Positions 11,985 through 25,087 are shown, counted from the first letter of the stretch. The stretch is 64,000 bases of DNA from Paramoeba atlantica (GCA_977017575.1 CDRNVI010000142.1:12953-76952); one strand, 5' to 3'. A program made the numbers and translations. Notes: generated from the sequence alone by a model not told the origin.

Positions 11985-13329
11985 AGTAACCCTTTCCTTC
12001 TTTCAACTTCAACTACTTTCAAGGATGTGATAAATCTTTTTTGGCAACATGTCTTTCTCTTTCAAATAATTTGACTCAAAGCAAAAACTACAAAAATAAA
12101 TTCTCTTCACATTATTGGCAAACTTCAAGGAGAAATAGGGACTCCTGCACCACGGGGCGGTTCTGTAATATTTGCAAAAAGCAAAAACTTTGGAAAAGTG
12201 AAAAAGAAATTCGAAGCGGAACAACACATATTTTACCCATATAAGGAAATTCTGAATGGGCTTTATTTTTCTTTCTTTTCCTTTATTTTCTGAAGGAGAA
12301 AAGAAAAGAGAAAAGAGAAAGAAAGAGGAAGAAGGAAAGTGAGAGAAGAGAGAAGGGGTGAGGCAAGAGGAAAAGGGGGAAGAAAAAGGAAGGGAAGAGA
12401 AGAAAGAAAAGAAGAGGAAAGAGAAAGACGAAGAAAAAATAGAGAAAATGCCAGTCGGGGAAAAGGGAGTTGGATTGTTCAGTGGGAATGGATGTGTGAG
12501 AATGGCTCCAAAATGAATGGACAAAACAAGAACTGATAGAATCGTAACAGGGAGGAAAGAAATAAAAGTTAAATCTTTAAAGAAAGAGAGAAAAAGAAAA
12601 GTTGAAGAAAGAGGAGGGTGGTCAGGATTTCTTTGGGTTCTTTTGTAAACAAAAATGATGAGGGAATAAGTTGGTGGTTTGTTGTTGTTTGTTGTGATTT
12701 TTTGAAGTGAAAACTTTGTTGTTGTGGTTCATGTGGTTCAACATAAATAAAAGAAGGAGAAGGATTTTGTTTCTTCTTTCTCTTTTGTGGTGATGAAGAT
12801 GAAGAGATGGCTGAAAAACGTGATGATGATTGTGAGCGTAGCGGTGATGGTGGTGGCCCTCTCAGATTTGAATCTCCCGAATTCAGAAACAAACTTCCAG
12901 CGGTGAGACAACAACACTGACAACCAAAATTGCGAGCAAAACGAAATAAAAAAAAAGTCTCTAATTTCTTCTACATCCAAGAAGAGAGTCCCTTCTTCTT
13001 CTTCTGCCACCGCAACACCAACACCAACCAAACTTTATTTCTTTTTTATTCAACGAAACCCCTAAACCCTTCGAAAAATAATAAAAAAAAAGATTTCAAC
13101 ACAAAAAGAGATTCCGAAGTGTTCATGTTTCAAACACTTGGTGTTTGCAGTTCAACAGACTACCCACACACATAGTTTTACCGCTGCTTTTTGATTTCAT
13201 TGAATTGCTCAAAGAAAAAAGATATGCAAAGCAAATCCAAATATCACTTTAACCTCAAAGAGTTAATTTTCTTTTTGGTTTTTAGTTTTTCAATGCATCG
13301 AGGTTTCACCATGTTTCGTCGACAAATCC

Positions 13330-16300
13330 TCACAATATTCCTCTCTTGGCAATGACAAAAGACTTTGAATTGTTGATTAAATCACGAATAATCTCGGTGA
13401 ACTGGAGAAAGAGAAAAGAGAAAAGGTTAGTATTAAAAGGAAGGAGAGGGAAAGGAAGGAGGGAAAGGAAGGAGGGAAAGGAAGGAGGGAAAGGAAGGAG
13501 GGAAAGGAAGGAGGGAAAGGGGAGGGATTAGGGGAGGGATTAGGGGAGGAGAATAAAAGAAAACAAAACTCTGAAAACAAACTATTTCATATAACAGTTA
13601 TGCAATGATTGTGGTGGTGATTAATGTGGCAATCCCAACTTCAAACCCAAAGAGAGACCAAAAAAAAAAAGACAGCGAGAAAGGTATCCTATCAGTGGGT
13701 CCCTTCTCAAACGGAGGACTGGAGAAAGAGAGAAAAAGAAAGAAAGGGGTTTAGTTGAATGGAGGGAGAAAAGGGAGGAGGGGTGAACACAAAGAAGGGG
13801 AGGGAGAATAAAAGAAAACAAATATCAAAAACAAACACTAAAACCAATGTGATTCGCAATAACAATGTGACGATGGTGTGGAGGCAGTGATAAAAGGTTT
13901 CAAATTGTTGATTAAATATGTTACCGATAATCTCAGCGAACTGGAGAAAGAGAAAAAAGAAAGGATTTTTTAGTTAAAAGGAGAGAGGGGAGAAAAGGAG
14001 ACAAGGGAGGGGGGGGGGGAACACAAAGAAGGGGAGAATAAAAGAAAACAAGTATGTGAAAAACAAACACAAAACTGATGATTCACAACAACAATGCGAT
14101 GATGGTGGCAGTAGTAATCCATGGCATATTTGTAAAGCACTCTATTGATTTAACAAACAATCTCTCGATATTGATAAATCGATGTCCATTCACCTTGCAA
14201 TCCGACACACAATCACTTTTGCGCAACAACATTCCAAGAGCTCTCTGCAACACAGTTGCTTGATCGTCACTCTAATGTTGTTGTCATTTTGATTATCGCA
14301 TTGCGAAGAATCTTTTCTTCTGATACAAACCCTATATGCAAAAGTTTCAGAAGCTACTCTCTTTCCTTTAAAGAAATCACCACCACCTGAACCTTCTTCC
14401 TTTGCTCCCCTCACCCTTCCCTCTCTTTTCTTCTAAAAAGACCAAAAAAAAAAAAAAGAACCTCTTTGTGTGAAGAAGAAATCAGCAACAAACACACTCA
14501 ATATTCCCTCTCTCCTCCTTTGTTGGTGTTGGTTATTGAGTTGTTCTCATTGTTGTCTCACGTTTTATCGTGTCCTCTTTTTTTGTTGGAAAGAGAGAAA
14601 AAGAAGGAATTCCCAATTAAATAATCTTTTTCCTCTAGGCCAAATACGCAAGTTTGCAAATCTCCGAAGGATTAGTGGCAAATAAAAATTATCTCAATAA
14701 ATTAATACCAAAAATAATTTTCTCATTACCAAGAATTTTCTTGATTTGCTACCAGACCCAAAGTACTGAAATTATTCAACAGAAAACACCCAATCTTTTG
14801 GTCGATTGAATGACTGAACTTTTTTCAGGAAACTGAAAAGAGAAAGAAAAGAAAAAAGAAAGGATTAGTAATGTGTGTTACTATGGAGGAGGGAAATACA
14901 AAGAAGGAAGAGAATAAAAGAAAACAAACAAAAAAAAGAAAACAAACACAAAACCCACCATGATTCACAACAACAACGATAATTGGTAAAGGTGAAAAAA
15001 TTATCACTTCAAACCTTATCAATTAAAACCCAACAAACACACACACAGGCGAGAGAGAGAGAACTCTGGAGAAAGAGAAAAGAGAAAAGATTAATGTTAA
15101 AAGGAAGGAAGGGGAGGAGGGAAAGGGGAGGGATAAAATGAATGTGGCAATCTTTATAATACATGCACACATCATTGATATTTGACAAACAACCTCTCAA
15201 TAATCGATAAGGGTTTAGGGTGTCCATTCACCTTGCAATCCAACACACACAAACACTTTCGTGCACAACACTCTCAACACTCTCCAAGAGTGTGCTTTGA
15301 GAGAGCAAAACATAGCCAGGACCAAAAAATGGAGCCCACACCAGCAAGTTAGAGAAAGGCACTGGTTTGTCAAAGTAAAATCATGCACAGTTAATCCCAA
15401 CTACTTCCAAGGAGAAAACTCACGGGGGTTCCAGAGTTCCATCGAAAAATCCCAACTTCAAACCCAAAGAGAGACAACCAAAAAAAAAAACAGCGAAAAG
15501 GGTGTCCCCCTGGTATGTCCCTTCTGAGAAAAACAGAAACTGACTGGAGAAAGAAAGGGGTTTCATTGAATGGAGGGGGAAATATGAGGGAAAAACACAA
15601 AGAAAAAGAATCAAAGAAAACATATATGACCAAAAACAAACACTAAAACCCAATGAGATTCACAACAACAACAACATGATGGTGGAAGTGGGGTGATAGA
15701 GCACAGAGCAGGGCATCCTCCAACAAACTCAACAATCAGACATTAACAAAAACAAACTCTCGGTTTAAGTTCTCCTTTTATATTAAGAATTCTATGAATT
15801 TCCAACAAACATCTTAACAACAAAGGAACAATACAACAGCAATTTGTGATGAAACACAAATAAAGACCATCCAAAATGCTCCCTAAACCCTTTTGGGAAA
15901 ACCGGAAGGAAACACACAAAACAACACATCAAATCAGGAAGCATCTTTGTGAGTTGCAACACACACACACACTTTGATATTTTTAACAAACAATCTCTCA
16001 ATATATTGATAAAGGGTTTAGGGTGTCCATTCACCTTACGATTGGTGGGGGGAGGGGATGTGGCAGGAAGGAACTAAAAGGGAAAGAGAAAAGGAAAAGA
16101 TTAGTGTTCAAAGGAATGAGGGAGGGAGAGAGGGGGGAAAAGAGGAAGAGAATAAAAGAAAACAAACATAACAGTTATGCAACGATGGTGGTGGAGATCA
16201 ATGGCAATCTTTGTGACATATTTGATAAACAATCTCTCGATATATTGATAATATTGGTGTCCATTCACTTTGCAATCCAACACACAAACCCTTATCAATT

Positions 16301-18620
16301 AAAACACCTCACAAACCTGATGAGAACTGAAAGAGAAAAGAGAAAAGAGAAAAAAGAAAAGAGAAAGGATTTCGTTCAGTTCAATGTAAGGGGGAACAGG
16401 GAAGAAATACAAAGCAAAACAAAAACAAAACAAAAACAAAAATAAAACCAATGAATTTTACAACAATATATTATTATAGAAGTGGTGGATCAATCAAAAC
16501 AAAAAAAAACAGAGAACTGCCAGTTCAAAAAACAAAAAAAGAGAGAGAGAAAACCAGATGATTGTTTGGGGCTTTTGAAAAATTATTGTCGAATATTTTA
16601 GGAACAACACACGTCGTGAAACAGCAGCACACTTCCGGAACACAAGAAGTCAAGAAATTATCCAACAATAACAATGACATCTCTCTTTTTTTTAAAAAAA
16701 CATAATCAGGAAAAAAGAGAGAAAAGAGAGGGAAAAGAGAGGGAAAAGAGAGGGAAAAGAGAGGGAAAAGAGGAAAGAAAAAGAAAACCAGAAAAGGAGA
16801 GTGAACACACAACAAAGCCTTTGAAGAAGAGAAACATGATTCTTTTTTTTAACAAATATATTTACTTGCTGATTACAAAACTCATCTCCCTTCAAAAAAA
16901 AAAATCAGTTTGGAACAACAATTAAAAGAAAAGAAAAAGAAAGAGAAAGAGAAAAAAGAAGAAAAGAAAGAAAAGAAAAGAAAACCAAAAAAAACATTGT
17001 AAAAACTGTTCAAACTAAGGAAACAAAATTTTAGAATCTTATTTGGTGAGAAGAAAGAGAACAAAAAGGACATCAAGAGGAGGGGGTAGGAGAAAACAAA
17101 AAGAAAACAGAAACAAAAAAGAAATGATCTATCAATCGTCAAACGAATGGAGAGAAAAGACAGTCAAACCAAAAAAAATCAAAACAACCACCTTTTATCA
17201 TGAAAAGGAGGGGGGAACACAAAAGGAGGAGAATAAAAGAAAACAAAAAGAAAAGAAAACAAACACCAAACACCATGATTCGCAATAATAATAATTGGTA
17301 ACGGCGAGATATTATCGCTTCAAACCTTATCAATTAAAACCCCAACAAACACCCACAAAGAGAAAGAGAGAACTCTGGAGAAAGAAAAAAGAGAAAAGAT
17401 TAGTGTTAAAAGGAATGAGGGGGAGAGAGGGAGGAAAAAGAGGAAGAGAATAAAAGAAAACAAACCCTTCATATAACAATGCAACAATGATGGTGGATCA
17501 ATGGTTTCTTTGTGACACACACTACTGATATTTGACAAACAATCTCTCTTAATATTGATGCAATTCAACACACAAACACTTTTGCACACAACAACAACAC
17601 TCCCCAAGAGCTCTTTGCAACACAACAGCAAAGTGTATTGCTTGATCATCACCTAAAACCCTTTCAATCAAGACCCACATCTTGAATGTGGGAATAGCAG
17701 CAGCAGTAATAAGTGGTTTTAAAATCCTTATCAATTAAAACACCTCACAAACCCTGATGAGAACTGAAAGAGAAAAGAGAAAAGAGAAAAGAGAAAAGAG
17801 AAAAGAGAAAAGAGAAAAGAGAAAAGAGAAAGGATTTCGTTCAGTTCGACGGAAGAAATACAAAACAAAACAAAAACAAAACAAAAACAAAAATAAAACC
17901 AATGAATTTTATAATAATATATTATCGAGGTGGTGGATCAATCAAAACAAAAAAAAAACAGAGAACTGCTAGTTCAAAAAACAGAAAAAAAGAGAAGAAA
18001 GAGAAAGAAAACCAGATGATTGTTTGGGGTTTTTGAAAAATTATTGTTGAATATTCGGAACAACACACGTCGTGAAACAGCAGCACACTTGCGTAACACA
18101 AGAAGTCAAAAAATCATCCATCAACAATGATGACATTCTCTCTTTTAAAAAAAACATAATCAGGAAAAAAGAGAGAAGGAGAGAGGAAAGATAAAAGAAA
18201 ACCAGAAAAGGAGAGCGAACACACACAACAAAGCCATTGAAGAAAAGAAATACGATTCTTTTTTTTTAACAAATATATTTATTTCCTGATTACAAAACTC
18301 ATTCTCCCTTTGAAAAAAAATCAGTTTGGAACGACCAATTAAAAGAAAAGAAAAAAGAAAAGAGAAAAAAGAAGAAATGAAAGAAAAGAAAAGAACGGAA
18401 AAAAATTTGGTAAAAACTGTTCGAACCAAGGAAACAAAATTTCAGAATCTTATTTGGTGAGGAAAAAGAGAACAAAAAGTGCACCAAGAGGAGGGGGCAG
18501 GAGGAAACAAAAAGAAAACAGAAACAAAAAAGAAATGATCCATTGTCGATCAAACGAACGGAGAGAAAAGAGAGAGAAAAGACGGTCAAACCAAAAAAAA
18601 CAAAATGACCATCTTTTCAC
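13330..18620. repeat. Mosaic array of interleaved, diverged repeat modules
   Basis: Recurrent modules include ACTGGAGAAAGAGAAAAGAGAAAAG.TTAGT.TTAAAAGG (13400, 13940, 15065, 17375), CCAACTTCAAACCCAAAGAGAGAC (13635, 15452) and GATATTT.ACAAACAA.CTCTC..TA..GAT...GGGTTTAGGGTGTCCATTCACC (14150, 15180, 15975, 16225, 17530; some copies partial). Confidence 0.8.
16290..18620. repeat. Direct duplication, two ~0.9-kb copies offset by ~1.44 kb
   Basis: 16290-17200 and 17726-18620 align from CCTTATCAATTAAAACACCTCACAAACC through GTCAAACCAAAAAAAA. Confidence 0.85.
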
Positions 18621-20807
18621 GCGAAAAAGCAATTCATCATCTATTTTTAGCACTCTAAAATATATGTCAGCCTTTTTACTACCTTTTGGCTTTGGAGTAG
18701 ATGAATTTTTATATTTTATTTTTTATGTTTTTTTCAATAAAACGAAAATAACAAAAATACTCATAAGAAAATCTGATTCGATATTTTGCCGCCCAAAAAT
18801 CTTTTATTTTTTGTATTTTTTTTTGTTTTTCGCCTTGAAAAACATGCTGTTGCTTGTTCGGGGGGGATGGAGGGAGTCGCGGTCAGGGGGGCAAAGGGAA
18901 AAGACTTTTTTTGCTTCTTTCAAACAACTCTTTTTTTGTTTTCTTTGTGTGTGTAAAAAAAAGAGAAAAAGAGTTGATCTTGATGAGGTGAGAGATCGCT
19001 TCAAAGACCACACGCAGAGAGAGGAAGGAAGAATTGTGGTGTGGATTGCTCAGAACTCAGAACATTATCCCTCCCCTATGTGATCAGGTTTTCTTCTTTG
19101 TTTCCTCTCAGTGTTTTTTTTTTTTTTGTCCTTTCTCTCCTCTTTTCCCCCCTTTTTTTTTTGGTTTTTGATCTCTTTTCCTTTTGTTTGTGTGTCTTTT
19201 GTTTGTGTGTGTCTTTTGTTTGTGTGTCTTTTGTTCGCCACCCTAAACCCTTGTTTTTCACACTTGTTTTTGTCATGTTTATTTTTCCTTTCTTGGGTAT
19301 CATGATGGATGAGGCTTGAGATGCGGTTCTCTTCATCCTTTTGTTTGTCTTGTCTTTTTTATTTGTTCTTCTTTCTTTGTTCTTTTGTTTGTTCTTTTCT
19401 TTATTGTCTTTTTGTGTCCTCTTTGCTCTTCCTTTTCCCCCTTTTCCCCCTTCCCTTTCACTCTCCCTTCCCTAAACCCTTTTCTGTTGCGAACCCCTAC
19501 CTTGTTCTGTTGTCTTCTATTCATTTTGAAGTCTTTCTCACTGCTCTTTCCTGTCGAATCTCCCCCGTCGATTCTCCCCTCTTCTGTTTTTCTACTGTCT
19601 CCTTTCTTACCTTTTCCTCAAAAATTTGTTTTCTCACTTTGATTGTTCTTTCTTATTTGGAGTGTTTTCCTCTTTTGTGTTTTTCCCTCTCTTTTGTCTT
19701 TCGTTGGTGCTTTGTGCTCCTTCAACCCTGCCTGCTGTGTTTTGATTCATTTTTGTTTTTTGTCACATTTGATTTTTTTCTGTGTTTTCTCTCTTTGAAT
19801 ATTTTCTCTTTTGTTCAAAACCCTATTCTTTTTTTTGTTGTTGTTGTTCCTTTTATTTGATATAAACCACACCTTCTGCTTTTTCGATTTGATCTTTGGA
19901 TTGACTTTCGTTTATTGTTTTGTTGTTTTTCTGTGGAGATCTCATCAATCCTGACATTTTCCCTTTCCCCTCCCCCCCAAATCTTCGCTTCCCCCTCTTT
20001 TCCTTTTCTCTTTTGTTGATATCTCCCCATTTTTACTTTAATAACCTTATTCTCTTTCTTCTCTCTTTCTAAACCTTTTTTTCTTTCAATAGAGTGTAGT
20101 TGTGGGGCAGAGGAAGTTTTTCTCCTAATTTGTCGTCATTGCAATCTTTTTCTCTTTCTTTTTTTTCAATCTCTTTTTTGCAAGTACTTTTTTCTTTTTT
20201 TTTTCATTTTCTCTTTCTCTTTCTCTCTTTTAAAGAAATAAAATAAAATAATCAATTATTGCTTGTTTGGGGGAGGGTGATGGAGGGAGTCAAAGTTAGG
20301 GGGGCAGCAAGGGGAAGAGACTTTTTTTTGCTTCTTTCATCAAACAACTCTTTTTTTGTTTTCTTTGTGTGTGTAAAAAAAAGAGAAAAAGAGTTGATCT
20401 TGATGAGGTGAGAGATCGCTTCAAAAACCACACGCGGAGAGAGAAGAAGGAAGAATTGTGGTGTGGATTGCTCAGAACATTATCCCTCCCCTATGTGATC
20501 AGGTTTTTCTTCTTTGTTTCCTCTCAGTGTTTTTTTTTTGTTTTGGTCCTTTCTCTCCTCTTCTCCCCCCTTTTCTTTTTTTTGGGTTTTTGATTTCTTT
20601 TCCTTTTGTTTGTGTGTCTTTTGTTTGTGTGTCTTTTGTTCGCTTTTTTTTTTAAGGTTCAGACACCAGGTGCCATTTATTAGAGTTAAAAACCATCTCT
20701 AGGATGGAAAAGAGGGGGGAAGAAAGGGGGGGGGGAGGGAAGATAAATTAAGAGTTAGATCCAAAGATCTCTTCAGCATGGGATGCATTGGAGTTTCTTT
20801 ACCAACT

Positions 20808-23800
20808 TTAGTTCTCACTAAGGGGTCTGCGTTTGATTGTTCGCCTTCTAAAACCAGGGAGTGAATTCGGTTTGGAGGTTTCTATGAAGTTAATTACATT
20901 CCTTCGAAAATCTTCCTCGATAAAGCTCCTCACCAGATTGCTCTCTTGGGACTGATGGAACCATCCTTGGATATCTTTAGTAATTATTACAGGGAGAATT
21001 AGAGCATTCTCAAGAGCAGTTTGGGTCGGAAACAAAACATGGGGGGTTGTCACCGTGTTTCCTTGGAATTTCCTTACAAAATTCCCTGGGGGGATGGGGA
21101 AAGTCCAGTCACGGGTGAGGGGGGAATTGATCCAGTTCCACAGGGTTGAATTCAAAATAATCCACTCTTCACTGGTTTCTGCAACATGTTGTGATCTTGG
21201 ATCCCAATGATGATCATTCACAGCACATGTTCCATCCTCTTTAGACCAACTTGCAGCAGTTGCAATTGCATCAGCTCGCTTGTTAAGTTCTCGGGGTACA
21301 TGGATGAATTCTATCTCGTCAAAGCACATTGCTAACTTACGGATTTCACAAAGTAGTTCATTCAAGGCATAGTTTTTGATGGCATGGGTTTTGGGTGCAG
21401 CCTTGGTGAGAATCATACAATCCCCGACAACTTCAATCTCATTTGTCATTGATCTGGCACATTGCATTCCTTTCAAACAGCCTGTAAATTCACCAATATT
21501 GTTGGACCCAAGAGGGATGGTTTCAAACCCACCACAAATCTCTTTCCCTTCCCTGAAAACTGCAAAGCCTGCACCCCCCAGATGAGGATCTGTACGGTCT
21601 GAACCGTCATAAAACACTTGAAAGCCTTTAAATTTAAAACTTTCCTTCTCTTTGGTTCCTTTCTTTGTTTGGGTTCTTGGGGGCCGAGGGAGGATTTTGT
21701 TCTTTCTCAAGATTTTTTCGAAAATTTCAGTAGCATACTGGGGTGATTTCGATCCTTCCGCACACACTGTGAGCCACAAACTCAACAGGGCAACACTCAC
21801 CACAGAGGTTTCTTGTCTGGTGAGAAAATTTGAGACAAGGCCACACACATTCTTAGTTTCTTGCCAGCTGGGTACATTCAACAAAATACATTTCCTTCCC
21901 ATTGCTTGGAGGAGGCCCTCAGCCACAGAACATTCCTCCAGAAGATGAGATCGTGACTCCTTTTCACGGTGGCAGAGTCGGCAACTTGAGTTTTGGTTTG
22001 TGAAGTGAGCCAACTTGTCTCTTGTAGGCAGCCCTCTTATTAGGAACTTAATCAAATTCCTCTTAAGTTGGGGCCTAATTGCATGTGCCAAGTTGTACAC
22101 CACACACTCAGCTCTTCCTTCACCCACATACAGATCTTTGATTTCAATGGGAATCACTCGAGACATATTGGAATAAGCAACTCGAGTGGCCTGGCCAAAC
22201 ACAACTTTGGTAGAGAGGCTTTGGGCTGCAAAAAGGGCATCCTTTCGCATGGCTCCAATGGAAAGAGGACTCTGATAATCGCTCCTCATTGGTGGACGAG
22301 AAGTGAGGAGGGCCCAGTTAAAAACAATTGGATGGCGCAGTTGGGGGTTTGAGTCCAAGGGAGGATAGCATGAGGTAAGAATGGAGGTTTTTGTGTTGGC
22401 ATAGGCACCCAGAGCTGAGCGGATGGACTTCCACATCAAGGAGGCGACAGATTTTGGAATCAGTTTGAATCTCGCTAAATATCCCATGCATGGAGTTAGA
22501 TAGGTATTGACCATCCTTACTCTCGAGCGAAAATTGCCACCCCTTTTTTTGATTGCTGCTCCAACTTTCTTCATCTTTAGGATCACTTTCTCCCAATCCT
22601 TAAGAGGAGATAACCGTTTACTCAACCTCACTCCCAGGTATACAGTTTCATCACCACAGTAATTGGATCTTGCCATCTCAGCCCAGGGGCCTACAGGTTT
22701 GAAAGACTCAGTTGAGAGGACAAAGCACTTATTAAAATTCAGTTTAGCTCCAGTCGCTTCTTCATATTTCTTGAAGGTTGGAGTGAGAGAATTGATGGTT
22801 TCAGCTTTCTGAATCACCATCCCCAAGTCATCCATAAAGCCTGATAGGTCTTGGGGGTTGTATTCCTTCTTCAAGCTCACCAGGAGGATGTCAAACACGA
22901 TTACAAACAGGAGGGGGGAGATCGGGCATCCTTGTCTAACACCAGTTCGACTTTGGATTGAATCATTGTTGCCTCCCCTCTTGGATCCACCAATATTCGG
23001 CAGCCAGGTTACAGATTCTCGAAGCACCTTCTCAACAACATAGATCGCTTGAGGGGGGGCATTCAAACCTTTGAGAATATGAAGAAGTGCATCACGATTC
23101 ACATAATCATATGCCTTGCAAAAGTCTGTTTGGAGGAGGGTCACGTCTTTCCCTTCTGCCAGAGCTTCATAGAAAGAGTCATACACTGATTCCACTGCTT
23201 CGTCAATTGACCTCCCCTTAAACATCGCATGCTGTTCTTTAGAAATTACTCCACTTGCAATCTCCATCAGCCATTTTGCCCAATATCTCATCACAATCCG
23301 ATAATCTGAATTGGTAACACTGATTGGTCGAAATTGGTCAGGGCGGGGGATATTCTCGACTTTGGGAATCAAACAGAGTTGGCTCTCACCAAAAGAGGGG
23401 GGGAACTCCATAATCTCACCCGCTTGTTGAATTAATTCCACCCACATGTCAAAATACTTTTCTTGTGTCGCCTTATATAAAGAGAAAGGGATACCATCGG
23501 GTCCTGCGCTGGTGTTATTGGTTCTCTGAAGAAGTTTATCAACTTTCTTCCTGTCAACATCATGTCTCTCAACTGGGGGAAAGCGAGGATGATGGTCAGC
23601 AATCAGTTCGTCGAGAGAATCCTTGTTATATGGTCTTTCTGTACTGAGAAGGCTCTCCCAAAAGTCCTTAATTGCTTTTTTAACCACATTATCATCACGA
23701 GAGATCACTCCATCTACAATTACACCTTTAACACGGGGAGAAGATTTACGACCAGGGCGCGAGGGGTGTTCATCCACAAAAATTCCGAGTTGTTGTTCGA

Positions 23801-25079
23801 GAACTGCAGTTCGATCCATCCCAGCTTTGATCATTCTAGGAATAGCTTTGATTCTCCATTTCTTGTCATCTCGAGAGCCATTCCATCCTATCGCAGCTGT
23901 ATGAAGAAGTTCGAGTTCCAACGAAGAGAAAGAGTGTATGGCTGAAGTTTTCCTTAAAATCCTGGTTTTTGCAAGGCGTTTGATGATTGTCTGGAGTTTC
24001 CATAGTTCTTTGAAAAGGTGAGCTTCTTTCCCTTTGTCTTTCCATAGAGGGACTAATTCCCACGCCTTCTCCTTGAGTTTAGTAAGACAACTGACAGAAT
24101 CACCTTCCACATAGTCCCCAACTTCATTAATGAGGGCATTAATAAATTTAGGATCTTTAATGAGGTATTCAGGGATTCTCTTCTTGTTAGATTTCAACTC
24201 CCATTCTTTGATACTAGTTCCACCTACGATCATCGCATGGTCCTTAAAGCCTGAAGGGATTGCGTTAACAAAAATCCTTTCGCTAGGAGCGTTCAAGGGA
24301 ATAAAGACATGATCGATACATCGTCCTTGGAAATGGGTTGGTTCTGACCACCCCAGTCTTGATAGATTCCAAGATTCAGAGGATTCTGCGAGCTCTTTAA
24401 AAGGGGTTTCGTTAAGATCCCAGTTGAAGTCACCTCCCAGAACGTTCAGTCCATCTTTGGAGAAGAACTTTCCGATTTGGTCTTGCATAAAGGGAAGTTT
24501 CAGATCGCAATGACGGTAGACATTCATCACAGCATATTCGGTATTGAAAATCTTGGTTCTCAGTCCAAACAAACCACTCTCAGAGCTTTCAATTGGGTAT
24601 GGTTCTATATCATGGAGGCCTTCCATTCTTCTGACTCCAATGGCAAGGCCCCGCTTCCGTTCCGAGAAGGGGTCTTTGAACCACAAATATTTCCTCAAAC
24701 AATTCTTGAGATGATCGAGATCTTTTTCAGATGCGGCATGGGTTTCTTGAAGCAAAATAAACAGAGGACGGCAACTTGCAGCCATTCTACGGCAAAGGTT
24801 GAGTTTTTCATCATTGTGAACACCATTGATGTTCCATAATAAAATCCTCATGTCTGGGAATTTGTTATACTGATACAGGTTTGGAAGCGGCGGCGCAGGG
24901 AAGGGAGGGAGGAAAGAAGATGAAGGGGGTTGGGACACCAAGACAGGTGCTTGAGGGGTTGGGGAGGCAAGGTTTGTTTTTTGACGAAGATCAATAACGG
25001 AAGAGTCAGAGGGAGCACAAGGGTCCTTCAGTGATGGAAAGAAAGATTTTAGATTGTTGTTGTTTTTCTTTCCTTTCAT
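20808..25079 (-). CDS. LINE ORF2: APE endonuclease, reverse transcriptase, CCHC finger and C-terminal RNase H (1423 aa)
   Basis: EN motifs WNING, LQETH, GGDFN, IDHVF, DHAMI. RT motifs FRPIS, DFCKAYD, GVRQGCPISPLLF, FMDD, YLGV. CCHC: CRLCHREKESRSHLLEEC. RNase H: FYDGS, SNNIGEFTG, VVGDC, HVPRELNKRADAIA. Confidence 0.97.
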   Translation of the reverse strand: MKGKKNNNNLKSFFPSLKDPCAPSDSSVIDLRQKTNLASPTPQAPVLVSQPPSSSFLPPFPAPPLPNLYQYNKFPDMRILLWNINGVHNDEKLNLCRRMAASCRPLFILLQETHAASEKDLDHLKNCLRKYLWFKDPFSERKRGLAIGVRRMEGLHDIEPYPIESSESGLFGLRTKIFNTEYAVMNVYRHCDLKLPFMQDQIGKFFSKDGLNVLGGDFNWDLNETPFKELAESSESWNLSRLGWSEPTHFQGRCIDHVFIPLNAPSERIFVNAIPSGFKDHAMIVGGTSIKEWELKSNKKRIPEYLIKDPKFINALINEVGDYVEGDSVSCLTKLKEKAWELVPLWKDKGKEAHLFKELWKLQTIIKRLAKTRILRKTSAIHSFSSLELELLHTAAIGWNGSRDDKKWRIKAIPRMIKAGMDRTAVLEQQLGIFVDEHPSRPGRKSSPRVKGVIVDGVISRDDNVVKKAIKDFWESLLSTERPYNKDSLDELIADHHPRFPPVERHDVDRKKVDKLLQRTNNTSAGPDGIPFSLYKATQEKYFDMWVELIQQAGEIMEFPPSFGESQLCLIPKVENIPRPDQFRPISVTNSDYRIVMRYWAKWLMEIASGVISKEQHAMFKGRSIDEAVESVYDSFYEALAEGKDVTLLQTDFCKAYDYVNRDALLHILKGLNAPPQAIYVVEKVLRESVTWLPNIGGSKRGGNNDSIQSRTGVRQGCPISPLLFVIVFDILLVSLKKEYNPQDLSGFMDDLGMVIQKAETINSLTPTFKKYEEATGAKLNFNKCFVLSTESFKPVGPWAEMARSNYCGDETVYLGVRLSKRLSPLKDWEKVILKMKKVGAAIKKRGGNFRSRVRMVNTYLTPCMGYLARFKLIPKSVASLMWKSIRSALGAYANTKTSILTSCYPPLDSNPQLRHPIVFNWALLTSRPPMRSDYQSPLSIGAMRKDALFAAQSLSTKVVFGQATRVAYSNMSRVIPIEIKDLYVGEGRAECVVYNLAHAIRPQLKRNLIKFLIRGLPTRDKLAHFTNQNSSCRLCHREKESRSHLLEECSVAEGLLQAMGRKCILLNVPSWQETKNVCGLVSNFLTRQETSVVSVALLSLWLTVCAEGSKSPQYATEIFEKILRKNKILPRPPRTQTKKGTKEKESFKFKGFQVFYDGSDRTDPHLGGAGFAVFREGKEICGGFETIPLGSNNIGEFTGCLKGMQCARSMTNEIEVVGDCMILTKAAPKTHAIKNYALNELLCEIRKLAMCFDEIEFIHVPRELNKRADAIATAASWSKEDGTCAVNDHHWDPRSQHVAETSEEWIILNSTLWNWINSPLTRDWTFPIPPGNFVRKFQGNTVTTPHVLFPTQTALENALILPVIITKDIQGWFHQSQESNLVRSFIEEDFRRNVINFIETSKPNSLPGFRRRTIKRRPLSEN

Positions 25080-25087
25080 TCTTTCCT

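Noticed and set aside
3340-13340. Terminal inverted repeats enclosing the transposase/dioxygenase pair (3400-3430 versus 13305-13330)
   Set aside because: Only patchy 5-7-bp matches; not distinguishable from chance.
15205-16030. Telomere or subtelomere (GGGTTTAGGG)
   Set aside because: Only 1-2-unit motifs occur; there is no tandem array.
16556-18140. SAM-methyltransferase-like hint (VIIVDG..VLLFHDV, minus strand) in the duplicated block
   Set aside because: The spacing between the motifs is too short, stops interrupt it, and nothing else supports it.
9400-20700. Many K/R/E-rich and F/L/S-rich ORFs of 60-200 aa
   Set aside because: They are translations of AG/CT low-complexity tracts that lack stops on both strands; there are no domain motifs.
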